A DNA stretch of 64,000 nt from the human T2T-CHM13v2.0 reference genome, Homo sapiens, in the NCBI RefSeq assembly GCF_009914755.1, contig NC_060929.1; one strand, 5' to 3'. Of the stretch, positions 12,801 to 26,751 are shown one piece after another; the stretch's first letter is position 1, and every line of letters begins with the position of its first letter. The position numbers and the translations under genes were made by a program. The notes beneath the pieces were generated by a model. The model saw only the letters and a list, made by a program, of their open reading frames with translations. It was not told the DNA's origin and made no database searches.

Positions 12801-14502
12801 TGTTACTTTTTAAATTTATAATATCTTGGAGAACAGTCCACTTTCCAATGATTGATGAGCCTAAGACTTGGCTTGGGCAGGGAAAAAGCCAAAAATTCAA
12901 AGCTGTTACTGAGAAATTCCATGTGACATCTTAACTATTTTACTAAAAAAAGAAAAGAAATAACAGCCCTAAGAAGTGAATTAAGGCTGAAATGTCATGT
13001 GGTATTTTAACCTTAATTCTGAATTTCCTTATTCTAATCAATCTAAATCAGGCCCTAATGATATTTAAATGTAGCTACTTACAATTCCCATAATAGGCAA
13101 ACAAAAGGGAGGTTAAAATAATTCTATTATTTCACAATGATGAAACAGACTGAATATTTCAATTATTCTACTTATTATAGTACACATAGAACAATGTTCT
13201 GTAATCTGCTTCGATATATATAGGCTCTTTAACCACACCACAGTGGGACTAATACAGTCACTTTGGTTGAGCTGCACTCGCTGATTCAATGTTGAAATAA
13301 AGTGCTTCACAGATTAGCTTAGTCTGCAGCACGTAAAGGTCAGGATTTATTGTAATGTAAATCACAAAGCAATTTTATCTTGACAGAGATTACATACTGT
13401 TACAATATTTCTCGCTGAATCTAGTGATGCGTTTGCTTTTTCTTTGCAACTGCTGTGCAAATTGGACCGTAGCCCAGAAAAGAAAAAGAGATGGCAGGCT
13501 GCTTTGGCTTTTTAGAAACAACTTAATTCTCTTCATTTTTCAAAGTTCCATAAGAAAAAATAACTCTGAAAATACACATAAAATCATACATAAATACTTG
13601 CAAACCTTTATAAACTCTGAGCTCCAGTGCACACAGATATCTGTAAATGACCATCCCTCAAATATTTTGATGTGTTTTAGGAAAGGATATAATTGCTAAT
13701 GACTCACTTCTGATCATTCATACCAAGTAGCTTGATACATTATTTAAATTACCTCCCCTTTTAAGCAAACAAAAACAATAGGAAGTGCTCATGTTTTTAT
13801 TGACAGATACCACAAACAAAAATAAAATTGAGTGTAAACAAAGCAAGGTGATGATTAGAATGTCCACTGCTGTCATTGTCTCTATAACCACATATGGAGA
13901 GGTGGAATAGCAAAACCTTCCCGATTTTTCTGTTTCTTCAGAGATTGCACTTAAAGTAGAAGGGATTGGGGCCAGAAATCGAGAAGAACTTTTTGATTAC
14001 CACAGAATTAAATGAACTACTCAAAGAGTTTGAGGAGTCTTTATTTCTGAAATTCTTAAGACAAGGCCAGCTCATTCTCTGTCCTGCGTCATGTTTCTCA
14101 AAGAATCATGCATGCATAAAATGTCCCCACAAAGAATTAACTGGCATATGTACAGAATTCTGCCCATTTTTGTCAATTCTTCGTATATAGTTTACATTAA
14201 TAATATACAAAAATTATGGTGAGTCCGAGGACCTACCAGGAAATGTATCCGAGGCTAATCTCAAACTGAAATTATTTCTTTTCTATTTCTCTAATTTGGG
14301 CCACAATTAGTTTTGTATTTCCAACCCTGGCAAAGCACTTTTCCTTGAATGAAAGTCACAGGTTATTGTGTGGTTTATTCAAATATTAAGTAGCGTGTTC
14401 TTTCTTTCTGGCTGTGTCTTATAAAGCAGGGCTTCCCACATATCAGTCCTTCCAGGTCAAACTTTATACATCTATAATCCAATTATAGCTTGATTTGCTC
14501 AA

Positions 14503-14828
14503 TTTTTTTTGTTTTTTGTTTTGTTTTGTTTTTGTTTTTAAAGAGACAAGGTCACCCAGACAGGAGTGCAGTGGCACAATTATAGCTGACTGCAGCCTCT
14601 GATTCCTGGGTTCAGGTAGTCCTCCTGCCTTAGCCTCCCAAGTAAGTGGGACTACAGGTGTGCACCACCACACCTGGGTTTTGTTGTTGTTTTGTTTGTT
14701 TGTTTTTATTTTTTTTTTGAGAAGACAGGGTCTTGCTGTGTTGCCTAGGCTAGTCTTAAACTCCTGGGCTAAAGCGATCATCCCGCCTCGGCCTCCAGGA
14801 TTACAGGGGTGAGTCACTGTGCCTGGCC
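14503..14828 (-). mobile_element. AluJ
   Basis: Antisense dimeric Alu with (TTTTG)n tail; flanks tgctcaatt/tgcttaatt. Confidence 0.9.
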
Positions 14829-16664
14829 TGCTTAATTGTTTTCTTTAAATCAATTCAAAATTTTACCTAGGTGAATTTATTTTAAAACAAAAATTTTCAC
14901 TTTCAAAATTATAGACTAAACATGATTGATAGATTAAAAAAATTAATGTTTGCTGTCTACCACTTTAAGTGGTTTCATGTACCACCAGTTGTCCACATTA
15001 TCACATTTTGGGAAATGCAAGCTATACATCGTTTTGAAAATAGGAAGTATCTATTACAGATTCCAGAGGTATGTGGACAATAAATGATATTCATAGAATG
15101 CAAGCTTTTTAATAAATTGCATTTATTCTTACAGTGCAAACATCCCTATCCACAATACCATGTACAATTAGGCACATGCACTTCCCATCCAAAGGTTTCC
15201 TGTATATGTCAGATGAGTGTACATCCTGGTTTACCTGGGAATTTGTATTTATGGGAGGTTTAATGACAGTGTTCCTACAGCTATTACAAGACACAACTAG
15301 GACTCACATTCAGGTCTCTGCTCCATATCAAGTAATCTTTTCTAGGGAATTGGGAGAAGTAAGGGTCTTGGAAGGAAAAAGATGGGGTTTGGGAGGGAGA
15401 ATTATTCTGAGAATAAGCCCATTCCCTTTCACTGTGTAGATCTGGAGAGATTAGGGCAGGCAACGGCATGTTTGCAATGTTCTACATTCCCATTTTATAA
15501 GAACCCCTTTTCCATTAAAACTATGTTATAAATACTGATTAGATTGCTGGGATTACAATCAACGGACCTTGTGTTTTAAATGGACTCTTTCGTTCTGTCC
15601 TAACAATCTAACCAGACTCTTAATTACAAATTAAGTTTTATAACTCAGTTTTCACTTTTGATGCTGAAAAGAAAAGAATGAGGTGGAGGAATAGGAGGCA
15701 CCCCTGTTTGGCCTTGGAGACATGAAGAGAAGGGGAGGACACATAACAAAATAGTCAGCCTGCCTTTTCTGCATTACCCTCCTTTCCTTTTGCGCCACTG
15801 TGAGTGTTATGCCAAGCACGTCTATCCTCCCAGCTCGCATGGGGGAGGGCCAAAAGCTTTACATTACACCACTGGTTTACACCCTGAGAAACGTCTCGTG
15901 AGCTGCAAAATACACTTTGAAGCAACTTTCTAAAAGGCACATCTATATTTACCAATGTGTTCCACATAATTAAACTGTGAAATTTGTCTCCAGTTTGGCA
16001 ATACCTTAGAGAGATGTTGTGAGGTTTAGAAAGAAAATGCCTGTGAAGTGCTGTAAGTTCCATAGGAGGAAAGCACTCTACATCAAAGGTGCTGTTACAC
16101 TCCTTGATGCTATATTGGTGCAACAGCAAGTAAAATAGCGTAAGCCATGATGTCATAATGTTGTCATGCAACATCATCCACAGTGAGAGCAAGAAAAATC
16201 TGTTTTTAAAATGCCTCTTTCCCCCCTCCTCTTCAGCTTGTTAAAGCATATGGTATCCAAAACTAGTTCACAGTGAACTTCATTTCTGCCACTGCTGTAA
16301 ATGAAGTTTCTTCTCAGGCAGATGTCAGTGCTAAAAGTTTGGTGCTCATAAATACCAAATTTACATAAAATCTATATAGCTTTTTTCAAAAGTCTTTCTT
16401 GGTTGATGTAGGCTGATTGGCCGGGATACACAGTTCACTTACTTATTCCTGTAACCATAATACATTTCTAGATTCACTAATTGGAAAAACAATGATTTTG
16501 ACTGAACCACACAAATGACATTCCTCAAGGCCTCCCTGGTTGTAAATGCCATGTGTCAGATTGAAAGAAAGAGACAAATTTAGAAAGTTAACTAAGATAT
16601 TCTTGGACTGTTAATTTAGGCCTATGGTTTCAAACTATAGGTTATCATTTATGCAAAATGCATC

Positions 16665-17100
16665 GTTTGTTGGTGGAATAAGAAATGAATCTTATAGGTA
16701 TTTTACTCCCTGCAAACACCATCAAACTAACCTGTTGATAAAGCAGATCTGAGTTACTGTGCTTGCCACAGTAACAGAGGCCACCACCTTGACAAGAAGC
16801 TTTATGGTATCTCAGAAGAGGAAAGGGCAAAGATAGGGTATTTATGGGATTTGGGGGATCTGGTTTAAGGTGGGTCTCTTGCTGTGGAATGTGGGGGCTT
16901 GATTATGATGGGTCAAGATTGAGATGTTTTAGTATTAGTAGACAGAGAGAGAGGAGGGTTTTGAAAAAAGGGTTTTAATGCAGTCCTTGATTAGTAAACA
17001 GCTATTTAATGCTGCTTTAATTTTAGTAGTTTAATATATGTTTAAATGGACTTCCAGGAACTTTTTGAAATGAACGATAAAGTTATCAGCAACTTTTATC
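16665..17100 (-). mobile_element. Possible ancient LTR fragment
   Basis: General resemblance to old ERV LTRs in antisense; family not identified. Confidence 0.3.
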
Positions 17101-19162
17101 TCCCTGGGCAAAACTTTTCTGAAATAATAAAATCAAGCTTATAAAGATAGTGAAATAATAATACCACATTAATGAAGCAACATAACAGTAAAATCGAATT
17201 AATGTAAATTTTAAGCTGTGTAAGCATAGACAGCTTTGGATCTCAACACATATACTACCAGTGTTCTTCAAATTCAACTGAAAAATCTCAGCTACCGAAA
17301 GCAGCTCCTTTTCTCTGAAAAAGATTCATTTTCAGCCACTGAAACAGACAGTCTACCTCTAAGATATTCCCCCTTCTTTTTTTATTGTGATTGCTGACTA
17401 CCTTTCTTAAGATCACTGTCAATTATTGGCCTAAGCATCACTACACTTTTCTACTTGATTTAGCATATTTCTATATATACAGTGTAGTTTAATGCTTTGA
17501 GGACAAACCTTGAGTTCCTTGGAAACACTGAATTGTCAGTCTCACAATAACAATTCTAATCATAACACTACTCAGCTTAAAACTTTTTAGTAAGCCTTTT
17601 TGACTTCTGGATGAAGTTTAAGTTTCTATACATGTTTCTTGGGTCATATTTCCTTCTGCTTCTCTCTTACTTCACCACATCTATGAGTGTATACATGAAT
17701 GTTATACACCAGTTACACTAAACCTTGACAGTTCCAGAATGTATTTGTCTCTCTCTTCCTTCACTTGAGGGTCTTGTACATGCAGAGTTGTGTGTATCTG
17801 GAAAGCTCACCAATTACTCCTTTCTTCTTTTTTCCACTGGTTAATTCCATTAAAAATCTTCTCAGAAAAAAAAAAAAATGCTTCCCCCAGGACACCCCTT
17901 GCAAATAGGAGGAAACACTTCCCTTTTGTGCTTCCTTAATACTTTATACTTATTTCCATCAGCCCACTCCCTCTCAAATAATAAGGCACTTTTTACATTG
18001 TGTTATAATTCTCCAATTATTTGCTTACCTTATCCTATCTGTTAGTAAGCTTCTTGAAGGCAAGCACATTGTATGGGAAATAGCCCTCAAATATACATTT
18101 TGAATAGTCAGTGAGTAAATGAATAGATAGAACCTTAAGATTGTGACAAAAAAATAATAAAACTTGACAGAATCTCAAAGAAATTATCTGAGAGATCCTA
18201 AAAAGTAAGGAATTCTCAAAGTATTTGTCTAACAACAATAAAATTTAGAAGAATTAAACTTAAAATCTGCAAAAATAATATTAGTAACATTTTAAAAGTG
18301 TGAGAATGCATTCTGCTGGTGAAGCTTTGGGGAGGTAGGCACTTTCAGACATCACTGGTACAACCCTTTTGGAGAAATATTTGACAATACCTAACAAAAC
18401 TAGATATGCACTTACCTATATGCACTTACCTTTTAACCTAACAATTCAACTTTTAGGAAGTTACCCTGAAGATACACTTGCCACAAAAGAGAAACATATA
18501 TGCAAAAGATTATTCATTGCAAAATTATTTATAATTTCAAAATATTGAAAGCACAGTAACCAAATCAGCGTGGCACTGGTAAAGAAACAGACACATAGAC
18601 TGATGGAACAGATTAGAGAACCTAGAATTAAAGCCACACACCTACAACCATCTGATCTTCAACAAAGTCAACAATAACAAACAATGGGGAAGGATTCCCT
18701 ATTCAATAAAATAGTGATGGGATAACTGGCTAGCCATATGCAAAAGATTGAAACTGGAACCCTTCCTTTCACCATATACAAAAATCAACTCAAGATGGAT
18801 TCAAGACTTAAATGTAAGACCTAAAACTATAAAAACTCTAGAAGAAAACCTAGAAAATACCATTCTGGTCATTGGCTGTGGCAAATAATTTATGACTAAG
18901 CCCCAAAACCAATTGCAACAAAACCAAAAATTGACAAAAGGGTCCTAATTAAACTAAAGAGCTTCTGCACAGCAAAAGAAGCTAGCAACAGAATAAACAG
19001 ACAACCTACAGAATGAGAAAAAATATTTGCAAACTATACATCCAACAAAGGTCCAATATCCAAAATCTATAAGGAATTTAAACAATTCAACAAGCAAAGA
19101 ACAAACAACCCCATTAAAAAATGGGCAAAGGACCAGAACAGACACATCTCAAAGAAGACATA

Positions 19163-20209
19163 CTGAGACCCCAAAAGCAAATGCAACAAAAACAAAAATA
19201 AATAAATGGAACCTAATTAAATGAAAAAGCTTCTGCACAGCAAAAAATCAGCAGAGTGAACAGCCAACCCACAGAATGGAAGGAAATATTTGCAAACTAT
19301 GTATTCAACAATGGGCTAATATCCAGGACCTGCAAGGAACTCAAACACATCGGCAAGAAAAAAAAATCCCATTAAAAAGTGGGAAAATGACATGAATATA
19401 CATTTCTCAAAAGAAGATATAGAAATGGCCAAGAAGCATGAAAAGATGCTCAACATCACTAATCATCAGGGAAACGCAAATTAAAGCCACAATGAGGTAC
19501 CACCTTATTCCTGCAAGAGTAGCCATAATTAAAAAGTTAAAAAACAATAGATGTTGGCATGGATGTGGGGAAAAGGAAACACTTTTACACTGCTGGTGGG
19601 AATGTAAACTAGTACAACCTCTATGGAAAACAGTATGGAGAGTTCTTAAAGAGCTAAAAGTAGATTTATCATTTGATCCAACAATCTCACTACTGGGTAT
19701 CTACTCAAAGGAAAAGAAGTGATTATATGAAAAAGACACATGCACATGCATGTTTATAGCGGCACAATTCACAATTGCAAACATATGGAACCAGCCTAAG
19801 TGCCCATCGACCAATGATAGATAAAGAAAATGTGGTGGGCATATATATATGGAGTATGACTCAGCCACAAAAAGGAGCAAAATAATGTCTTTTGCAGAAA
19901 CTTGGATGGAGCAGGAGGCCATTCTAAGTGAACTAACTCAAGAATTGAAAACCAAAAACCATATGTTCTCACTTATAAGTGGGAGCTAAGCTATGAGAAT
20001 GCAAAGACATACAGAGTGATATAATGGACTTTGAAGACTCAGGGAGGAGTGGGTGGGAAGGGTGAGGGATAAAGACTACATATGGGGGGTACAGTGTATA
20101 CTGCTCAAGTGACGGGTGCACTGGAATCTCAGAATTCATCACTATAGAATTTATCCATGTAACCAAAAACCATCTGTACTCCAAAAACTAATTACTAAAA
20201 TTCTTTTAA
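19163..20209 (+). mobile_element. 5'-truncated L1PB-type element inserted into the host L1
   Basis: ORF2 end ([17 protein letters not shown]) plus complete 3'UTR; flanked by AAGACATA at 19155-19162 and 20210-20217. Confidence 0.8.
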
Positions 20210-20336
20210 AAGACATAAATGTGGCCAACAAATATATGAAAAAATGCTCAACATCACAATTCACTAGAGAAATGCAAATCAAAACCACAGTGAGGTACCA
20301 TCTCACACCAGTCAGAATGGTTATTACTAAAAAGTC

Positions 20337-20673
20337 AGCCAGGTGCAGTGGCTCATGTCTGTAATTCCAGCACTTTGGGAGACAGAGGCAGGTGGGTCGC
20401 TTGAGCAAAGGAGCTAGAGAACAACCTGTGCAACATGGGAAGACCCTGACTCTACAGAAAAATACAAAAATTAGCTCGGCATGGTGGGTCAGGCCTGTAG
20501 TTCCAGCTACTCAGGAGACTGAGATGAGAGGATCATTTGAGCCTACGAGGTGAAGGCTGCAGTGAGTCATGATCACACCACTGCTCTCCAGCCTGGACAA
20601 AAGAGTGAGATCCTGTCTAAAAAATAAAAGAAAAAAAAGTAAAAAAAAACAAAAACAAAGCAAAACAAAAAAA
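20337..20673 (+). mobile_element. AluJ inside L1
   Basis: Diverged dimeric Alu with a long mixed A tail; L1 resumes at gtgttggcgagg. Confidence 0.9.
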
Positions 20674-21056
20674 AGTGTTGGCGAGGTTCTGGAGAAAAGG
20701 GAACACATACACTGCTGATGGGAATGTAAATTAATTCAGCTACTGTGAAAAGCAGTTTGGAGATTTCTCAAAGAACTTAAAACAGAACTACCATTCAACC
20801 AAGCATTCCCACCACTGGGTATATACCCAAAGAAAAATAAATCATTCTACCATAAAGACACATACACTTTTGTGTTCATCACAGCTGTATTCATAATAGC
20901 AAAGACATGGAATCAACCTAGATGCCCATCAGCAGTGTACTGGATAAAGAAAACGTGGTACATATATACCATGAAATACTATGCAGCCTTAAAAAAGAAC
21001 AAAATCATGTTGTTTGCAGCAACATGGATGCAGCTGATGGCCATTATTCTAAGTGA

Positions 21057-21287
21057 ACACGTCCTTCTTCTCATGGTGGCAGGAGGGAGAAGAATGAGAA
21101 TTGAACAGAGAGTCCTTATAAAACCGTCAGATCTCATGAGAACTTACTCACTATCACAAGAATAGCATGGGGTAAACTGCCCCCATGATTCAATTACAAC
21201 CCACTGGGTCCCTCCCATGACATGTTGGGACTATGGAAACTACAATTCAAGATGAGATTTGGGTGGGGACACAGCCAAACCATATCA
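21057..21287 (-). mobile_element. Partial THE1 LTR
   Basis: ataaaaccgtcagatctcatgagaacttactcactatc...gggacacagccaaaccatatca; the LTR 3' third is missing. Confidence 0.85.
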
Positions 21288-22390
21288 GTAGGATTCAGAA
21301 TTAGATCCTGGACTAGCAAAAGAACATTAATGGGAAAATCTGAGAGATTTTAATAAGGCCTGTAAATTAATTACTAGTATTTGGTTAATGTTAATTTTCT
21401 GATTTTGATTATTATACTATGATTATATAAGATTTCAGGAGTTTAGGAAGTGAGTATGAGTGAAAGTGATTTGTGTGTTCTCTTCAAACTTTTTATTAAA
21501 ATTTAAAATTTAAATATGTGCAAACCAGTTTGATATCCTAGTAAAATATATATATATTTTAATGAGACTACTCAATATATCTGGAATATTCTATAAACCT
21601 TAGCCTTTCATGATTTGTTTTTCAATTGCTAAGGCAAAATTTCTAAATCCCAAGGAAAATAGTTTTCCTTTCTGTGATTTTCTAATATAATACCAACAAT
21701 AATTACACTCTACATTTTGTAGTGCTTTAAAATTTCTAAATAATAATTACTTGTATATGAGATTATTGTGTTGCTTCCATAGATAATATTTGGACTACCT
21801 AAGATATTGTATATGATATTTTATGTTAACCAAAGTATCTTCTACACATTAAGTGCTTAATAAATTACTGTTGTTATTATTATTATTAATATTATCCTCT
21901 TCACCTTTTGTTCTAAATCACAACTTTATAAGGTTTGTAGTACACCTATTATTTTATCCATTTTGGAGATTAGAAAAAAGAGTCAGGTAGGTAATAACAG
22001 GGGATCCAGGTTTGAAGCCAGATATTCTGATTTAGACTGGATGTCTGATCTCCCCATGACATCTGCAAGGCAGTGACCAAGCCTTATGTTTCACTTCTGT
22101 AAATCTTCCTCAGAGTCTAACACATAGCCAAGGCTCAACCAAGACTGCCTTTTGAAGAGACACAATTTAAATGTGGATTAACTTCTTAGAAAGAAAAAAA
22201 TATTAAACTAAGAATAGAACACAGGTTCCCTGATTTCAATGGTTACACACCCCTTATATGTGTGACCAGCATCAGAGTAATTTAAAAGAAAAATGTTATA
22301 AAATATTATTACTAGGTTATAAAGGAGTAGGATATATTAATCAATTAACCAAGAAGGTTTATTTTCTGTAAGTAGTAGCTTGTGACATAG

Positions 22391-22862
<472 letters not shown>

Positions 22863-24249
22863 TAAGGATGTCTACTTTAAAAAATCTCCAGTTTATTCTA
22901 TGAGATTATTTTCTTTCGTTTGTTTTTGTATTCCCTTTTCTTTCACTGTTTCTTTTATTTAATTTAAAATAATTATACAAAATCTGCATCTATTTTAACA
23001 TGTCAAACAAGAAAGTACCTTTTTTTAAGTTAATAATTCCCTTTCTCTCTCATCCTCCTACAAATCCCAACCCCTTGTATTAATTAATGTTAATATTTTA
23101 GACTTCCCTCATATTTCTTTGATTTTATATAGGTAATGTTGATATATAGTTCATACAAGCACACATATACAAATCTCACAAAACCTAAGTGAAAAAAACA
23201 AGATGAGAAATATGTAAAATAAAATAAATTACTAGTGGCAAGGTAGAACACAAAAAATTAACAGGCATATTCAAATTAGGTGACTAAAAAATTAATTAAT
23301 TTAACTTTTACTTGACTTTTGATTTTACTTTACCTGGGTAAGCATATTCAGCTTCCTCACCCTTTTCTGGAGGGTGTTTAGTATCAAAGCATACACATTA
23401 TTTTATATCATGTGCTCTAATACCATAAGTGGAAAAAAAGGAATTATTTCATCTGCTTCATTGTTTAAGTCCTCTTTCTCTTTACCTAGTATGACCATTA
23501 CAAATAAAGATTAAATACTGCATACTTCAATGTTATTCTCAGGAATAATTTCCAACATTAAGAAGGAAGGTACAGTTTTCTGTTTTATGACCTTGTAATA
23601 GAGATTGGTAAATAACTAGAGACAGTATTCCTTTGCCCTCCACGGGTTGCCCTGGAAACAGGAGGGGGAAAAATGTAATTCTGGGCTCCAGTATCAGCCT
23701 CAGATGAATTCCTTTATTTCACACAAAGGTTCACCATTCTTTAGAGAGTTGCATTAGCGGATATTCATGCTAATGGTGGTGTGACAATTACTCAGGTGCT
23801 ACCTGGAGCAGCTCTTCTAAAGTTGCTTTGCATATTATTTAAATCCCGTTTTTATTTAACTTCCCAATTGTTTATCATCTCCCCAGCCAGTGAATCAAAG
23901 TTACCTGAGGAAAAAGTTCATATCTTATAACTCTTTTCTTTGCACCTCTGGAAGCATGTGCCACAGCTCTTGCTTACAGAAGGAGATATGGTTTGAGTAA
24001 GAAGTGCTCCTTACCTTGCAAGTTTAAAACGTGTTTCCTTACAAAGGAAGATAAATCAATATTACATGCTACAAATAGAAAGGACAGCCAATTAATCAGA
24101 AAAACACCTCTTTGATTCAAACTGCCTATTAGAAAAATGTAAACGCAAATGGGAATTTGAAAATTTTAAATACCTTTAGTCAAATTAAATTAATCTACAC
24201 AAACTGAAATTAGTTGAAAATGTTATAAGAAAAAAAGTAAACAGGACTG

Positions 24250-24440
24250 TAAGCATTTATTTGTTTCATCCTTACAATTACCTTATAATATAGGCATTAT
24301 TATCCCCTTTTAACAGATGAGAAAATGGTGAGGTTCAGAGAACTTACTAAATTTGCTGAGACATTTAGCTAATAAGTGGCAGAAATGGAATTCACATTCA
24401 GGTTGATCTCAAAGCTAGTGATCTTTCTACTATACCACAA
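24250..24440 (-). mobile_element. MIR SINE
   Basis: attatccccttttaacagatgagaaaatggtgaggttcagaga matches the antisense MIR core. Confidence 0.7.
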
Positions 24441-26129
24441 AAAGAAACACCCCTAATAAAATCTGAAAATAATAAAATCAAAATATTTGAATGAAGTTTT
24501 AATTATATTAGAACTAAAAACCGCATGAAAGGCACACACACATTAAAAAAACCATAGATAGGCAAAACCAACACAAATTGCACTGTACTAAAAGTAAGGA
24601 TGCCTGAGTTCTAGACTACATTGCTCACTCTATACTGTTTCACTCTTAGCATAATGCCTGGCTCATAAAAAAACAGTCATTAAATATTCATTCTCACTCA
24701 CTGTGTGACTAAAATGTACAAATAGAATCTTTAAAATAGAATCAATCAACCAAACATATTACAATAAAGCTTTAATTAATCAAAACAATTAGAAGATTAT
24801 TTGTTTTAATGTAATGTTTGGTTAACTAGTCATGAATGAGTAAATCCTTTTTGTAGATTCAAGGTTGCCACTGGAAATCTTTCAAACTCTGTTTTACTAT
24901 ATAGAGCAAACTTTATTGTATAGAGGAATCAATTAATGCACTTGCTACAAGAAAAACTCTTAGACTCCACTTCAAGAAATTTCACTCAAATTTAGTATGT
25001 ATGCCTAGGGTAGAACACTGGAGTTATTCCAATTCAGGAGAGCTGAAGATGAAGACAAAGCTTTGAGAAGCATTAAGTAAAGAACTTACTATACTGTATT
25101 CCAACTGCTATCTGAAGCATATACATTGCACTGTGTCAGCCTCCTTCTCTTAGAATGAATATTCCATCTCATTCAGAGATGGGTCATATCAGCCATATGT
25201 TGTTCAGTGACACGGTCACATGGGCCACTATTAATTGGACCAGGTAATTGTGGCCAAAGCTTCTCTTTTCAGGAAAGCGTTTTTAGAATTAAGTAATTCT
25301 AGTTTCTCTCTTACAGTGGTAAAAACTGAGGACATGAATGCAAATGCTTATAGATGTGACTATGGGATTCTATGGATGTTCTCTTCAACTTTTTCAGTAA
25401 AGTAGGAAGAAAAGTCTTTAGCTGAGAAAGAAATGGAAAGTATTAGAAGTATGATATGAAAAGAAGTGTGAAATAATCATCCATTTGTTCTCCCAATTCC
25501 TGGACTAAGGATGTATAGCATGGTTACTAGGCAGCATTAGGGTTGCACTTGAGGTTTGTGATCATGAGTTAAAATGAAACCCATTAGTAGGACTGTGTGT
25601 TTTTTACTAACCACATTCAGCTTCATGCGTGCAGGCATGGAACAAGTGGAAGGTTGGATTTAACTAGGAATGTGGCTTTGGCTCAGCAAGGACAATGAAT
25701 CAAAAAAGCCAAAATGGTATCAAGGGAATGTGCAAGGGGGAATTATAATTGATTTAAGCTAAGTAAGGAAGGGAGAGAGGATATGAAGATGTTGAGAAGT
25801 GAAATGGTGAAAGATCAATGGATTAAAGTTCCTAATGGGGTTAAAGAATTATAATTATTGGAGTCCAGGTACTAGAGGGAGAAAGAGGGAAATATAGCAT
25901 GTGATTGTCAGAGAGTGGGATGCATGAAATTGAAATTATGAAGAAGTTATAGTAATTAGTCAAGATCTAAGTTATGACTATAGGAATTAATGATTAAGGT
26001 AAGTGGGAAGGCAAAATCACTGAAGGAGACAAATTCAAAGAACTGAAAGATCAAAATGTTGAAAAAGTATGTGATTGACATTACCAAGAATTAAGATCTG
26101 AAATAGTATTGATGAACAGGGAAAGGTGA

Positions 26130-26692
26130 TGTGAATTATACGTAATAAAGAATTTGGCTGGATTTTGTCCCCTGTTTCTAGAAGGTAGTCCTTAAAATTT
26201 CCCAAGTGATAAGCGTGTCTTTGTTATTCACAATGGGCTCTGATACTTTATGCTGATGAGGTGACTTATGGTGGGCTTCCAGATAGTTTGTGCCAATGAA
26301 ATGACTCAGGATACAGGTGGCTACTCCAGAAAGATGAAACATGTGATTAGAGGGTTGGAGATTTGAGCCATGTGATATCACCTTGATGAGGGAGAGGATG
26401 AGCCCTGGAGACTGAGTTCAATGTTGGCCAGTGATTCAATCAGTCATGCCTACATAATATAACCTCAATAAACACTCTGAACAATGAAGCTTTGGCAAGC
26501 TTCCCTGGATGGTAACAGTCTGTGTATTGCTACACAGGAGGCAGGAGGGTGCCAGGAGGGTGATGTATCTCTGACTCCATGAGGAGAAGACACCAGAAGA
26601 TTTATGTCTGGGAGCCTCTTAGACCTATACATTGCTTCTTTTGGCTAATTCTGATTTGTATCCTTTTGCTACAATAAAACTATAAACATAAG
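26130..26692 (+). mobile_element. MER21-family LTR (partial)
   Basis: MER21-like segments: atgtgattagagggttggag, gattcaatcagtcatgcctacataat, ctgatttgtatccttttgctacaataaaact. Confidence 0.7.
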
Positions 26693-26751
26693 GAAAAAAA
26701 CAAAACTGAGGCCATATAAATTCTGGAACTTTGGAATAACTATTAATATAT

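Larger units (their letters stand above)
18551..21056 (+). mobile_element. L1 (L1PB/L1PA-late type) ORF2 3' region, host of a nested L1 and an Alu
   Basis: Clear ORF2 remnants (gacacatagactgatggaacag, [20 protein letters not shown]) interrupted at 19163-20209 and 20337-20673. Confidence 0.85.

Noticed and set aside
19438-19722. L1 ORF2 C-terminal ORF as an active protein
   Set aside because: Short remnant of a 5'-truncated old L1.
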